Translations under genes and position numbers: made by a program
The notes under the pieces: generated by a model
Database searches by the model: none
The model's input: only the letters and a program-made list of their open reading frames with translations
What the model was told of the DNA's origin: nothing
DNA from: Bryobacterales bacterium
Lineage (GTDB): Bacteria > Acidobacteriota > Terriglobia > Bryobacterales > UBA6623
NCBI GenBank assembly: GCA_965216215.1
Contig: CBDCFO010000006.1
Location: 208,626 to 272,625, forward strand
Reading direction: 5' to 3'
DNA: 64,000 bases
Shown: one piece after another, positions 30,040 to 39,958 of the stretch
How the letters are laid out: each line of letters opens with the position of its first letter
Numbering within the stretch: position 1 is the stretch's first letter

Positions 30040-31911
30040 ATCGGGATAGGGGGAAGCCTCACGGCTCCACCCCTCCCACACCACCGTACATACGGGTCCG
30101 TATACGGCGGTTCGAACGGTGATGCTACTTCCGGATCTGGAGTCGCGGCAGGCCGAGCGAGGCGAAGTAGGCGTTAGGCAGTGCATAAGAAAGAGCGGGG
30201 CTTGCGGCCAAGCGCCAAGGGCCGTGGGCGCTGCCAGCAGTTCGAGCCGCCAGCCCTACACGCACATCCCTGCGACGCAGTTCCACGTATCTCCGCCTCC
30301 CACGTTTCCACTGTTTCCAGATCGCCGACCGCAACCTTCGCCGGGTCCACCCCTCTAAGCTTGCCAGCACGTATGGCGTTTCGCACTTCCCGAAATAGCC
30401 GAGCCATCCCCGCCCATAGCGGGCTATGTCCTCGACCATCCGTTCGTGGCTCACGCCCCGAGTCCGTCGCGTCAGCTCGCGCACCCGCCGCCGAAACCGC
30501 TGCACCGCTTGCGGTGCAATCCGCCGCTTCGGTTGTGGGTCCGATGACAGGCTGAAGCCCAGGAACTTCCGCTCCCATGGCCGCGCCACCGCGCTCTTGC
30601 TCTGGTTCACCCGCAAGCGGAGCGTCCCGGTGATGAAACGCGTCACGCTTTCCATCACGCGTTCCCCGGCCCGGCGACTGCCCACATAAATGTTGCAGTC
30701 GTCCGCGTACCGTGCGAACCGCAGCCCGCGTCGCTCCAGCTCCCGGTCCAGCTCGTCGAGCACGATGTTCGACAACAAGGGTGAGAGCGGGCCCCCTTGC
30801 GGGGTCCCCTCGTCCACCGGGCTCACCAGCCCGTCCTCCATCACACCGGCCGTCAGGAATGCCCGGACCAGCTTCAGCATCCGCTTGTCACTGATCCGTC
30901 GGGCCATCCGGGCCATCAAACGGTCGTGGTTCACTCGATCGAAGAATTTCTCCAAATCAAGATCTATCACCCATCGCCGACCCGCAGCCATCTGCCGCTG
31001 GGCCGCCTCGACCGCCTGATGCGCCGAACGCCCCGGGCGAAACCCGTAGCTGTGTTCGGAGAACGTCCGGTCCCAGTGCTCCTGCAGGACCTGGGCCACC
31101 AACTGCTGGACGAATCGATCCAGCACCGTCGGTATGCCCAGCTTGCGCCTGCCTCCGCCCGGCTTCGGGATGTACACCCGTCTCACCGGCTGCGGTCGGT
31201 AGGTCCCGCTCAGCAGCTGTTCCCGGATGGCCGGCCAGTGCTCGCGCAGGTGCCCGGGCAGATCGTCGACGGTCATCCCGTCCACCCCCGGACTCCCCCG
31301 GTTTCCCCGGACTCGTGCCAGCGCCCGCTTGCAGTTGCTCCGCTCGCAGGCTCGCTCCATCCACTGTTCGTCTGTAGTCGGGCTTTCGTCTCGTCGTCCC
31401 GCCGTGTGCGGTTCGGTCCCTTCCCCTGTCGCTTCCGGGGCTTCACCCCCTCCGTCGACCGGGAAGGCCAGCACTAGCTGGATGTTCTGCCGCATTCCAC
31501 TCACGAGAAACGCCGTTCTACTCGCCCCTCCGTCCGTTCAGGCCTTCGCCCCTTGCGGGGCTACTATGCCGTCTGCTGACTTCTGCCGTCCGGTCAGGTC
31601 GGACTACTCCTCCCTCAGTCCGGAATCCCGGACGGACGGCAGACCTCCCGAGGTAAGTTCGACAGCCTTCAGCGCACAACCGCCGGATTTACAACCAGCG
31701 CCCTTGATGGAACTGGACTTCGTCGTCATCGGCCGACTCGTCCGACGCTGTATGCCTCGTATCCGGTTCTTGTTCATCGGCTCGCGCCTTTGCTCCACGC
31801 TTCCTTCAGACCCCGCCTCGCAGCGACGCCCTTGCGCTTCGCTAGGACTTCACCTCCATCAGGTTGTCCAAGGGACTTCCACCCTCAAGCTGCCGAACAT
31901 GCTCGGCACAC
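30040..31911 (-). mobile_element. Group II intron, copy B (1872 nt), inserted directly after a terminator
   Basis: The 5' end is GTGTGCCGAGCATGTTCGGCAGCTTGAGGGTGGAAGTCCC at 31911. The 3' end ...CCCTATCCCGAT is at 30040. Only 2 nt (TG) separate it from copy A. Confidence 0.8.
30125..31504 (-). CDS. Group II intron reverse transcriptase/maturase
   Basis: 459 aa, near-identical to 28251..29630 with scattered substitutions, and carrying the same RT and X motifs. Confidence 0.9.
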   Translation of the reverse strand: MSGMRQNIQLVLAFPVDGGGEAPEATGEGTEPHTAGRRDESPTTDEQWMERACERSNCKRALARVRGNRGSPGVDGMTVDDLPGHLREHWPAIREQLLSGTYRPQPVRRVYIPKPGGGRRKLGIPTVLDRFVQQLVAQVLQEHWDRTFSEHSYGFRPGRSAHQAVEAAQRQMAAGRRWVIDLDLEKFFDRVNHDRLMARMARRISDKRMLKLVRAFLTAGVMEDGLVSPVDEGTPQGGPLSPLLSNIVLDELDRELERRGLRFARYADDCNIYVGSRRAGERVMESVTRFITGTLRLRVNQSKSAVARPWERKFLGFSLSSDPQPKRRIAPQAVQRFRRRVRELTRRTRGVSHERMVEDIARYGRGWLGYFGKCETPYVLASLEGWTRRRLRSAIWKQWKRGRRRYVELRRRDVRVGLAARTAGSAHGPWRLAASPALSYALPNAYFASLGLPRLQIRK

Positions 31912-31913
31912 CG

Positions 31914-31938
31914 AAAAAGGGGGGCGTTTCCGCCCCCC
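31914..31938 (-). terminator. Rho-independent terminator of the lipoprotein gene
   Basis: The minus strand reads GGGGGGCG-GAAA-CGCCCCCC followed by TTTTT. It lies 47 nt after the stop at 31985. Confidence 0.8.
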
Positions 31939-31984
31939 TGAGAAACCCGCAGCCGTTGCCGGCGCGGGGTCGAGCTCCCGCGAG

Positions 31985-34900
31985 CTACGGCATTAGATCC
32001 GCTCCGTAGACACCCTCGAGAGCGTCGCCGCCCTCCACGCCAGTCACACTCCAGGTGCCGATGATGCCCAGCGGGCCGTCGATGACCTTGCCGACGAACT
32101 GGCCGGCGATGGCACCGGTCTGCGTGAGGTCCGGTTGCCGGATATCCGTGTGCCGCACCCGAGTGGCAGTGCTGTCCGTACTGATGAAGGACAGCGTGTT
32201 GCCTTCCCCGGCCCTCATCACGTTGATTGCGTCAGTCCCGAACAGGATGGTGTCCACGCCATGACCGTCAGGGTTGGTCTCTGCGACGACTTGACTCACG
32301 TACAACACGCCCTTGTCGGTCCGCAAGTTGCTGACCGAGGCGGCGATGGTGCCGACAGCTTGGTCCGACCCAGCTTCCCCGAGATCCGTCCGTCCCCCAG
32401 GTAACGTCGACCTGGATGGTGCCCTCGTAGTAGGTGTTGATATTGTCACCTACAGTGGTGGACCGGGCGATCGTCGCTCCCTCGTAGGTGGCCTTGCCGC
32501 CGAGCGGGAAGTTCGGATCGTTCACGGCGTACGCCGAGGCTGCCAGCGGGCTGTAGGCGAACCTGCCGTTGTCATCATCTTCCGCCATCGGTGCTTCGGT
32601 CGCATTGCCCGATGCGACGCGGTTCCAGGCGCCGAACCGAGTGTACGTGGTGCTCCCGTATTCGATCGTGGTCTTGGACGCGACGCGGCCGAAGATGGCA
32701 TTGAGAACAGGGGGTTTTCCTTCGACGATGGCTGAAGCCGTACCGTACAGAGCCCCGTCCTCCGCGACTGCGGTCCTGAACTTGGCGACGGAAGACAGCG
32801 CGTCAAGCACGTCGGCGATGATTTCCTTGGCGTCGGCATCGAGATCGCTGTCGTCGGCAGTGTTCGCGGCCTCGGCGTAGGTGGCGGCTGGGAAGATCTC
32901 TAAGCCGCGCTCGCCGACCACCATGTTGATCGCGGTCGCCAAAAGGCCCCAGACCGCGGTCCTACCGTTGTCAGCAGCCGTCTCGTCCTCCAGTTCGTCC
33001 AGTGCGATGAAGGCGTTCAGCCGCTCGAGCAGGCTGTTGATCTCCTTGATCGTCGAGGCGACGAAGGCGTCTCCGTCCATCACCGCCCCGCCGGTGTCGA
33101 ACAGGTCCGCGCCTTTCACTGTGACCGCTTTCACGGGTGGATCGTCATTGGGGGCCGCGGGCACGATCGTGATCACGCCAGTCTTGGCGTTCACGGCGCT
33201 GATGCCCGGTGGTAGGGTTTCGTCGTTCATGCCGAACCACGTCATGGCTATCCCGCCGCCCGAGACCGGCGGTGCCGTTTCGGGCACGTCGGCGCCTTTC
33301 TCCGCGCCGAACGCCGCGGTGAGGTTCTCCGCGTCATCGGTGCTGGCATCGATCGCCCAGGTGCCGATGGCCGCCGCGCCGTTGCCGACGAACTGGCCCG
33401 CGAAGGAGCTGCCGGATTCGTCGGTGTCGGCATCGTTATCGTCGGCCCGGTCCGCGAGAATTGTGGCCTGCGGGCTGCCCGGCTCCGCCGTGAAGACGAC
33501 CTGGCTGGTCCTCTCCGCATCCTTCATGAAGTCACCGTCGTTTCCGATGGTCGCTTCCGCGAGGATGATGGCGGCGACCGTGCCGAAGCCGTAGGTGAAG
33601 CCGTCGCCGTCCCCGTCCACCAGGTTCTCGACCAGGCCGCTCACGCGCTTGCCGCGGAACCGGACCTGGAGCGAGATGTCGCCGTTGTAGACCGTCTCCC
33701 CGTCCATGCTGATGGCCATTGTCCGGCCATTGTATTCGGCGGCACCGGCTTGGGGCAGGTCCGCGAACTTCGCGGCCTTCATCGGGCTGTAGGCGTACGC
33801 GCCCATTGAGGCGCTCGCGAGCTTGACGGCGGCGGTGTCGGTCGACTCCTTCGAGTAGACGCCGAAGCGCGTGTTCGCCGTCCGCGCCATGTGCACGGTC
33901 GCGGTCGAGGCGATGGCGTTGAATGTCGCGGTGGCGTTCTTGGCGACGGTGGCGGCGTTGGCCCCGCCGGCGGTAGAGCCCTCGAAGATTCCGTCGTCCG
34001 CGGCCGCGGCCAGGAATCCATCCTCGCTCGACAGTGCCGCAACGATCTTGTCGAGCGTCTCGATCATTTCTGCGAGCGCAGCCAGGCCGAGCCGGTTCTC
34101 CGCAAGCGCATCGATGTGGTCGTAGGCGTCGTCGGCCTCCGTGTCAGCGCCGTCGAGGTCCCCGAAGACGTCGTCGAGGGCCGTGTCGATGGCCTTCCAC
34201 TTCTCCCGGAACTGGACGCTGAAATCGGTCTGCTCGGCGAGATCATCGTCTTTGGGGTTCTCGTGCGCGTTCACGGCTCTCAGGCCCTTGATCTGGGCGG
34301 CCAGCGTGCTCACTGTCTCGAGTACGCCGCCCTTGCCGGCAATGAGGTTTTCGCCCTCGACCGTGGACTCGCCGTCCTGGAACAGGTCACCGATCGGATG
34401 CTTGTCGCCGTTGATCGTGATGATCGTGCCCGCTTCGTTGACGCCTTCGGTCTTGGCGTTGTCAACGCTCACCACGTCTTTTTTGTTGGCCACTCCAGTG
34501 CCGATGCTGAACCCCCTCGCTTTCGCGGCAGCCTGGGTGTTGATCGCCTCTTCGTACTGCACTCCCATCAGGTTGCCGTCCTCGTCCATGTGCACGCGGA
34601 AGTTGCCGTCCGGGGACATCACGTCGCCCATGCCGTTCTCGTCGAGAGTCTGGTCAGCGAGGCCCACGATGGTGTAGCCGCCGTCGTTCTCGTTGGCCGA
34701 GGCGGTCAGGTTGGTGCCAGCGATCATCATCGTGACCGGGACGTACATCGAACTCCAGCCCTCGTCGCCATAGGTCAGCGTGTAGCTGTTGCCGTTTGCC
34801 GACATGACCGTTCCGCCGGTGCTGAACGCATTGTCGGGGTCGGTCCACCATCCGCCCATCTCGTCGCGGGTCAAATCCTGCGTCTCGCCGCTCGTGCCGA

Positions 34901-36344
34901 GGTCGATCGTGGCGATGAAGTGCACGTACGCGGCACTCCAGATGCCGGTTTCGGCATCCATCGTGACGGTGTAGGTGTTGGTCCTGTCGTCAAACATGAC
35001 CATGACCTCGCCGCCGCTCATGAACACTTCGCCGTCCTTGTGCCACGTCATCTGGTCCTCCTGGAGCACCAGCATGATCGTGCCGCCTTCCGTGCCGAGC
35101 ATGACGCTGACAGGATCGGACATGTACGATGCCATGATCGTCCCGTCCTCGCCCATCATGAGCGAGTAGCCCGCACCGTTCTCGGCCTTGGCGTAGGCGC
35201 CGTCGCCGACCATCATTCCGTTGTACATGTAGCCGCCGGCTTCCACCTGCGTGACCGTGATGCTCTCGCCGCTCATGCCGAGCGTGACTTCCATCATGTT
35301 CGGCGCGAACGTGGCGGTCCACATGCCGTCATCAGACAGCATCAAGGAGTAGTTGTTGGCACCCATCGTGTACGTGTCGCCGTTGTTGGCGGGCTGTTCC
35401 GGGGCGTACCACCAGCCCCTCATTTCGTCCTGGATCAGCGTGATGGTGTTGCCGCTCCCACCGAGGGCGACGTCCACCATGGGCTTGTTGAATTCGGCCA
35501 TCCAGCCGCCTTCGCCCATAGTGACGGTGTAGGAACGTTCGTTGGCCATGACCACCGTTCCGGTCATGAACTCTGCGCCGTCGCGCATGTAGGTCATCTG
35601 GTCCTCGGCGAGAGTCAGCATGAGCTCTCCGCCAAGGTCACCGAGCATGACGGTCACCGAGCTCGGGATGTACACGACCATCGGGCCATCCGCTCCGAGC
35701 GCGACGCCGTAGGTGGCGCCGTTGGCTGCCATGGCGGTGGTGTCCGCCGTAATGGCCTCGCCGTTCAGCGAGAAGCCGCCAGCCTCCATCTGCACGATCG
35801 TGACGCTGTCGCCGCTGGCGCCGAGCGCAACCTCATGCATGGCCGGCGCGAACGTTGCCATCCACACGCCGTCCTCCATGGTCAGCGTGTAGTTGCCGTT
35901 CGCCGCGGTGTGCGTGCCACCGCTTTCAATGGCTGTGCCGTCGATCCCGTAGCCGCCAGTCTCAAGCTGCATGAGCGTGACGCTGGCGCCGCTGCCGCCG
36001 AGCGCGACATCCATCGACCCCGGCGCGAACGCCGCAGTCCAGGTGCCGCCGTCAAGGGTCAGCGTGTAGTTGCCGTTGTCCGCGGCATGCGTGTCTCCGG
36101 TAGATACCGCTTCCCCATTCAGTGTGAATCCACCGGCTTCGGTGGTCATCAGGGTAATGTTTTGTCCCGACGCTCCCAGGGCAACCTCTACGGCTTCCGG
36201 CTGGAATGGCGGTGGTGCCGGCGGTGGTGCCGGCGGTGGCGCTACGGCGACGGGTTCATCCCCACCGCACGCGACTAGGCCGAACGCGAGCAGGGCGCTC
36301 ATTAAAAGAAGCCCCATTGTGCGCTTGACTCGATTGCTGTTCAT
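31985..36344 (-). pseudogene. Giant Met-rich repeat lipoprotein with two TbpB-like beta-barrel domains (frameshift near 32390)
   Basis: The ATG at 36344 has an AAGGAG 6-7 nt upstream. The lipobox reads LLAFGLVAC|GG, followed by a PPPAPPPAPPP linker. About 8-9 tandem ~60-aa modules follow (V.LG.SG..IT....EAGG..LNGE.....T..A.NGNYTLT...G.W.A.FAP). There are two helical acidic linkers. Two barrels carry ...Y.G......G.I.L.V.F....SG....AGQFVGNGAAAIGTW...AAFGAEK and ...IAGQFVGKVIDGPLGIIGTW...GVYGADL. The last ~150 aa lie in ORF 31985..32449, in a different frame. Confidence 0.7.
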
Positions 36345-36955
36345 GCGTTTCTCCTTGTTTTCTGTGACTGTGGTTGCAGAAAGCATCCAATTTTCAATAA
36401 AACATCCGCCGCCAAACGTCCTTTATTACGCTCGAAGGCCAAGTCTTTTCATTTTGACACCGTTTTTTTTTGGATGTCAATAGCTTGGGGAACTATTTCA
36501 GGTCAAACTGTGGTGTCGGTGCGCCCGTGCCACCTGCAGCAGTCGCTGACAGGGGCAACTCCCCGGCTGCAATCCCCGCACTCGCCGCACCTAACCCGTC
36601 ACAAGCTCCGAACCCCAGAACAGACCCCGTCGCTCGACCCTCGGACCCGGTAGCGCCCGGCGCCAAGACCCTCCAGAACCGCATCATCCCCCCTTTCGCT
36701 GGACTTCCCGCGCAATTGAACTCGCAGTCGTAATGTCTACTATACAACGAGATACGGTATCTTCAGACCGTCCAGGAACGGCCATGGCCAGCACTGTTCC
36801 GGTCACTCCGGCACCGACCGTCGCCCGACGCACGCCGAGTCTGGAGAAGGCATCCTGGCGCGAAGCTCCTGCGATAACGCTCGCATTGCCTGTCACCGGT
36901 CCGCAGCCGTCCAGGGCCCGCCCCGACTCACGGCTGACCTCTGCCATTTACCGAA

Positions 36956-36979
36956 ATGGCTCGAATACTATGGCTCGAA
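36956..36979. repeat. Tandem direct repeat ATGGCTCGAA x2 (14-bp register) in AT-rich intergenic region
   Basis: ATGGCTCGAA occurs at 36956..36965 and 36970..36979. A third partial copy, CAGCTCGAA, is at 36992..37000. Confidence 0.5.
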
Positions 36980-37075
36980 ATGCAAGAATCACAGCTCGAA
37001 TTGTTGCTAATTTCTCACGAATTACCGGGATTGATTTCGCTAAAATGAGTTTATATATGTCCGAACATAAAAGAT

Positions 37076-37095
37076 GTATTTCTATATAGAAATAC
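37076..37095. promoter_or_regulatory. Perfect 20-bp AT-rich palindrome (candidate operator)
   Basis: GTATTTCTATATAGAAATAC is its own reverse complement and sits in the lowest-GC stretch of the window. Confidence 0.4.
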
Positions 37096-37649
37096 GTGGA
37101 TCGTATTCCGGACTGAGTGTGGACGCGTTCCAGTCGTGGCGATGGTTCCCGGTAGTGGCCTTCTCGGCCAGCAGTGGGCAGGCGCGAGCCGGCAAAGCCC
37201 TAGCCACGAACCAGCCAACCTGGCGACCGCGGCCCCGGAAGCGAATCCTTCGCTCCCTCATTGGCGATGTGGCGGTCTACGTGAGGCTTGCTCCCCGGGG
37301 GGAGGAATCGACCGATGCCGGGAAAACGCGGAGACGGCGGCGGAAGTATTCGTTCACATCGGCGAGTTCGACCGTCATTCGTGATGAGCGTTGCTGGATG
37401 TTCTCTCGTGTCGACTTGCTGGACGTCCCTGACGGAGCGCGAGCGGGCAGCAACGCCAACTCGTTCATGCGTTCGCGCATTGCAAGGTCGACCGGAGCGG
37501 CAACTGGCAACCCGGAGACTGACCTTGTAGACCGCCCGGACAAGAGAAGCTTTTCGACACGCCGGGCCGCGAGCGCTCTCCTCGCGTTGGTCGCAGCGGC
37601 CCTGCTCCGCGTGGTGTCCGACGCGCAGTCTGGCCATTGCCCGACCGTG

Positions 37650-38300
37650 AACTGCCTGGGTGTGCTCCGGACGGCGCCCCCCGCAGCTACTTGCGGAGAA
37701 GCTCCCATGCCCCCGGCGCCTGCGTGCCGGGGGCATGGGAGCCGTTTACCTGGCGCGCGACCTGAGTCTGGATCGCGATGTCGCGATCCAGACCCTGAGG
37801 CGCACTTCGGTCCTGCGCCTGATGCAGTTGAAGGCGGAAGCGTGGTCGATGGCGTCGGTAGCGCACCCGGCGGTCGCCCAGATCCACGGAATCGAGTCCT
37901 GGCGGGGGCGCCCATTCATGGTCGTCGAGTTCCTCTCCGGAGGCACGCTCCGGGACCGGCGCTGCGGCAGGGGCCGGTCCCGGCGGCCAAGGCCGTCTCC
38001 GCCATCGCCGAACTGGCCGATGCGCTGGCGGCGCTGCACGAGAAGGGATTCCTGCTCGGGGACATCAAGCCGAGCAACATCGGATTCACCTCGAGCGGGA
38101 CGCCGAAACTGCTGGATCTCGGCGCGGCCCGCTCGACGGACGACCCGGTCCTCGCGGGCGGCACGCTGCCCTATGTGTCGCCGACGAGGTGGCGGAGCGG
38201 GTCCGCTGCCAGCACGTCGCTCGCACTTGTGCGGTGCCGGCGCGGCCGGGGAACGCCCTGGCATTCGCCGAGGCGCTCTGCGGAGTCTGCTGGAGGGCAT
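37650..38300 (+). pseudogene. Hanks-type Ser/Thr protein kinase remnant (frameshifts; catalytic residues substituted)
   Basis: GGMGAVYLARD...DVAIQTL has Q where VAIK has the catalytic Lys. ...FMVVEFLSGGTL is followed, in another frame, by LAALHEKGFLLGDIKPSNIGF (HRD replaced by LGD) and LLDLGAAR (DFG replaced by DLG), then GTLPYVSP, after which the frame is lost. A Cys-rich zinc-ribbon-like stretch lies upstream. Confidence 0.5.
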
Positions 38301-38770
38301 AGGCCCCGTTTTTTCCGGCCGGCCTGTCCGGTTCTCGTTTCCCAGTCGTCCTCGGGATATGTGGCGTGCTCCATTGCCAAGAGAGGCCCCAAGAAGGTGG
38401 CTGACAGGATCGTCAGGAGGTTCCAGCTGGCCTTGGCCAGGAAGGAGGCCCTTGAACCCCAGGCCAGTTGCCCTGGTGACTCTTCGCCTACTGCTTCGAT
38501 CTCCGCGGCGGTCAGTCCGTTGACTGAGGGCACGGGAGCCTCGTTCACGGCAACCCCGGACAGCGCGGGATTGAAGGCCCTGACCGTGTTGGTGGGCGTG
38601 ACGGAGGACGGGGCCAGCGGATGTCGTTCGGGACAAGCATGGGACGGGTCGCCTCGCGACTGACACCTTGATTGATGGTCATAGTGCTTGAGACTGAGGT
38701 GGTAGGGGTTTTTGGGACAGTACGCTGATGTGAAACAAATCGAACCGGGCAATGAAGTTGCGTGAGCTCG

Positions 38771-39691
38771 TCAGTTGCTTGGTTGATCTGTGGCGTTTTG
38801 GGATACCAAGTTGTAGCCGAGAGTCTTCGCGGTTGCAGCGAGGTTGGCGAGAGTCCGGCTGCGGTACCGGGCTTCGTAGGCGGCCTCTCCGATGTCGACG
38901 TAGTCGTGTCCCCAGCGCAGCATGCGGTAAACCAGGGTTGCGAGCTTGCGCGCGATGCAGAAAACGGCGACCGACATGCCTTTGTACCGCGCCTTGCGCC
39001 GGAACGCGGCGCCGAGAGCCGACTTGGACCGTTGCAGCGAGACGGCGGCCATGCGCAGCACGGCGGCGATGCGCGTGGCTCCCTTGCCATTGGCCCGCTT
39101 CTTCACTGGCAGTGGTTTGCCCCCCGAGATCGCTGTGCGGGGTGCTAGGCGCAGCCAACTGACGAAGTGCTTTTCGGAGGGGTAGGCTGTCAGGTCCAGG
39201 ACGACCTCGGTGAGGATCGTCCGCGACGCCCCCACGCCGATGCCGTCGATCCGCGTCAGGTCGAACGCCGCGAAACGGTACAGCGTGGTCCGTCCGGCCT
39301 GCTCCCCGCGCGAACGCAGGGACTTTTCCTTGGCTGGGCTAGGGTGCTCTGGCGGGTCCCGCTCGCGCAATTCCTCGCAGGCCTGGGCCTCCAGCTCCTC
39401 CTCCAGGCGACGCTCGTACGCCTCGATCCGCTGCTGCACTGCGTCGTACATCGCCAGCGCTCCTTCCAGGTTGTACAGGTGCTCGTCCCGCCAGGTGCCC
39501 GTCAGGTAGGCCGCGAACTCCTCCTCCGTCTTCTTGCAGCGACCGTGCCGCAGTTCCGCCAGCCGTAGCGGATCCCGCTCTCCCCCGACGATCGCCCGCA
39601 CGATCCCCAGGCCGGTCTTGCCGGTCAGGTCGCTGACCGCCCGATGCACCTGCACGTTCATCTGGTCCAGCGCCTGCTGCATCCAATGCAC
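38771..39691 (-). pseudogene. IS110-family transposase (copy 3, different lineage), N-terminal DEDD domain missing
   Basis: The 306-aa ORF starts in mid-protein. It carries the Transposase_20 region (RIDGIGVGASRTILTEVVLDLTAYPSEKHFVSWLRLAPRTAISGGK). No VGIDVSK/TGRYH N-terminal domain is present. The solo TIR at 39711 lies directly upstream. Confidence 0.8.
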
Positions 39692-39710
39692 GAAGCGCCC
39701 GCGCTCCTCC

Positions 39711-39765
39711 TGGGGTGGCTACGAAGTGGTGGACACTTGAGCTTCCGGCAGAGGGCAGCGACTCC
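39711..39765 (+). repeat. Solo copy of the 55-nt terminal repeat of the 10039..10272 element
   Basis: TGGGGTGGCTACGAAGTGGTGGACACTTGAGCTTCCGGCAGAGGGCAGCGACTCC matches the reverse complement of 10218..10272 at about 49 of 55 positions. Confidence 0.5.
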
Positions 39766-39789
39766 GTGCGCCCCCCATATCGATCCGGC

Positions 39790-39958
39790 GGTCTCAGCTC
39801 TGTTGTCGTATCTTGGTTCGCTCGACGAGGCCTATGTAACTGGAGAGAAGCGCCGCCTAATGTCTGTGGTGAATGTCGAGGTGCCAGGGGCCGACCGAGG
39901 ATCGCTGGCCGATCTCGCTGGTTGGGCGAAAGGCCTTCCAAAGGCGTCGCAGTCGTGA
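39790..39958 (+). pseudogene. cas7: Cas7e (CasC/Cse4) C-terminal fragment of a second, divergent type I-E module
   Basis: YLGSLDEAYVTGEKRRLMSVVNVEVPGADRGSLADLAGWAKGL aligns with the C-terminus of the intact Cas7e ([39 protein letters not shown]). Its stop overlaps the cas5 GTG (GTGA). Confidence 0.5.

Noticed and set aside
36493-36947. Two overlapping minus-strand ORFs (36684..36947 and 36493..36747) downstream of the ATGGCTCGAA repeats, considered as a possible small secreted protein with a frameshift.
   Set aside because: There is no signal peptide, no recognisable motif and an unremarkable Gly/Ala-rich composition. Coding status cannot be supported from sequence alone.
37074-38663. A 529-aa ORF that could be read as one large protein.
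   Set aside because: Only short pieces (LAALHEKGFLLGDIKPSNIGF..LLDLGAAR) are kinase-like. The G-loop and N-lobe lie in a different frame (37660..38523), and the rest is low-complexity. It is better explained as a composite over a frameshifted kinase relic.
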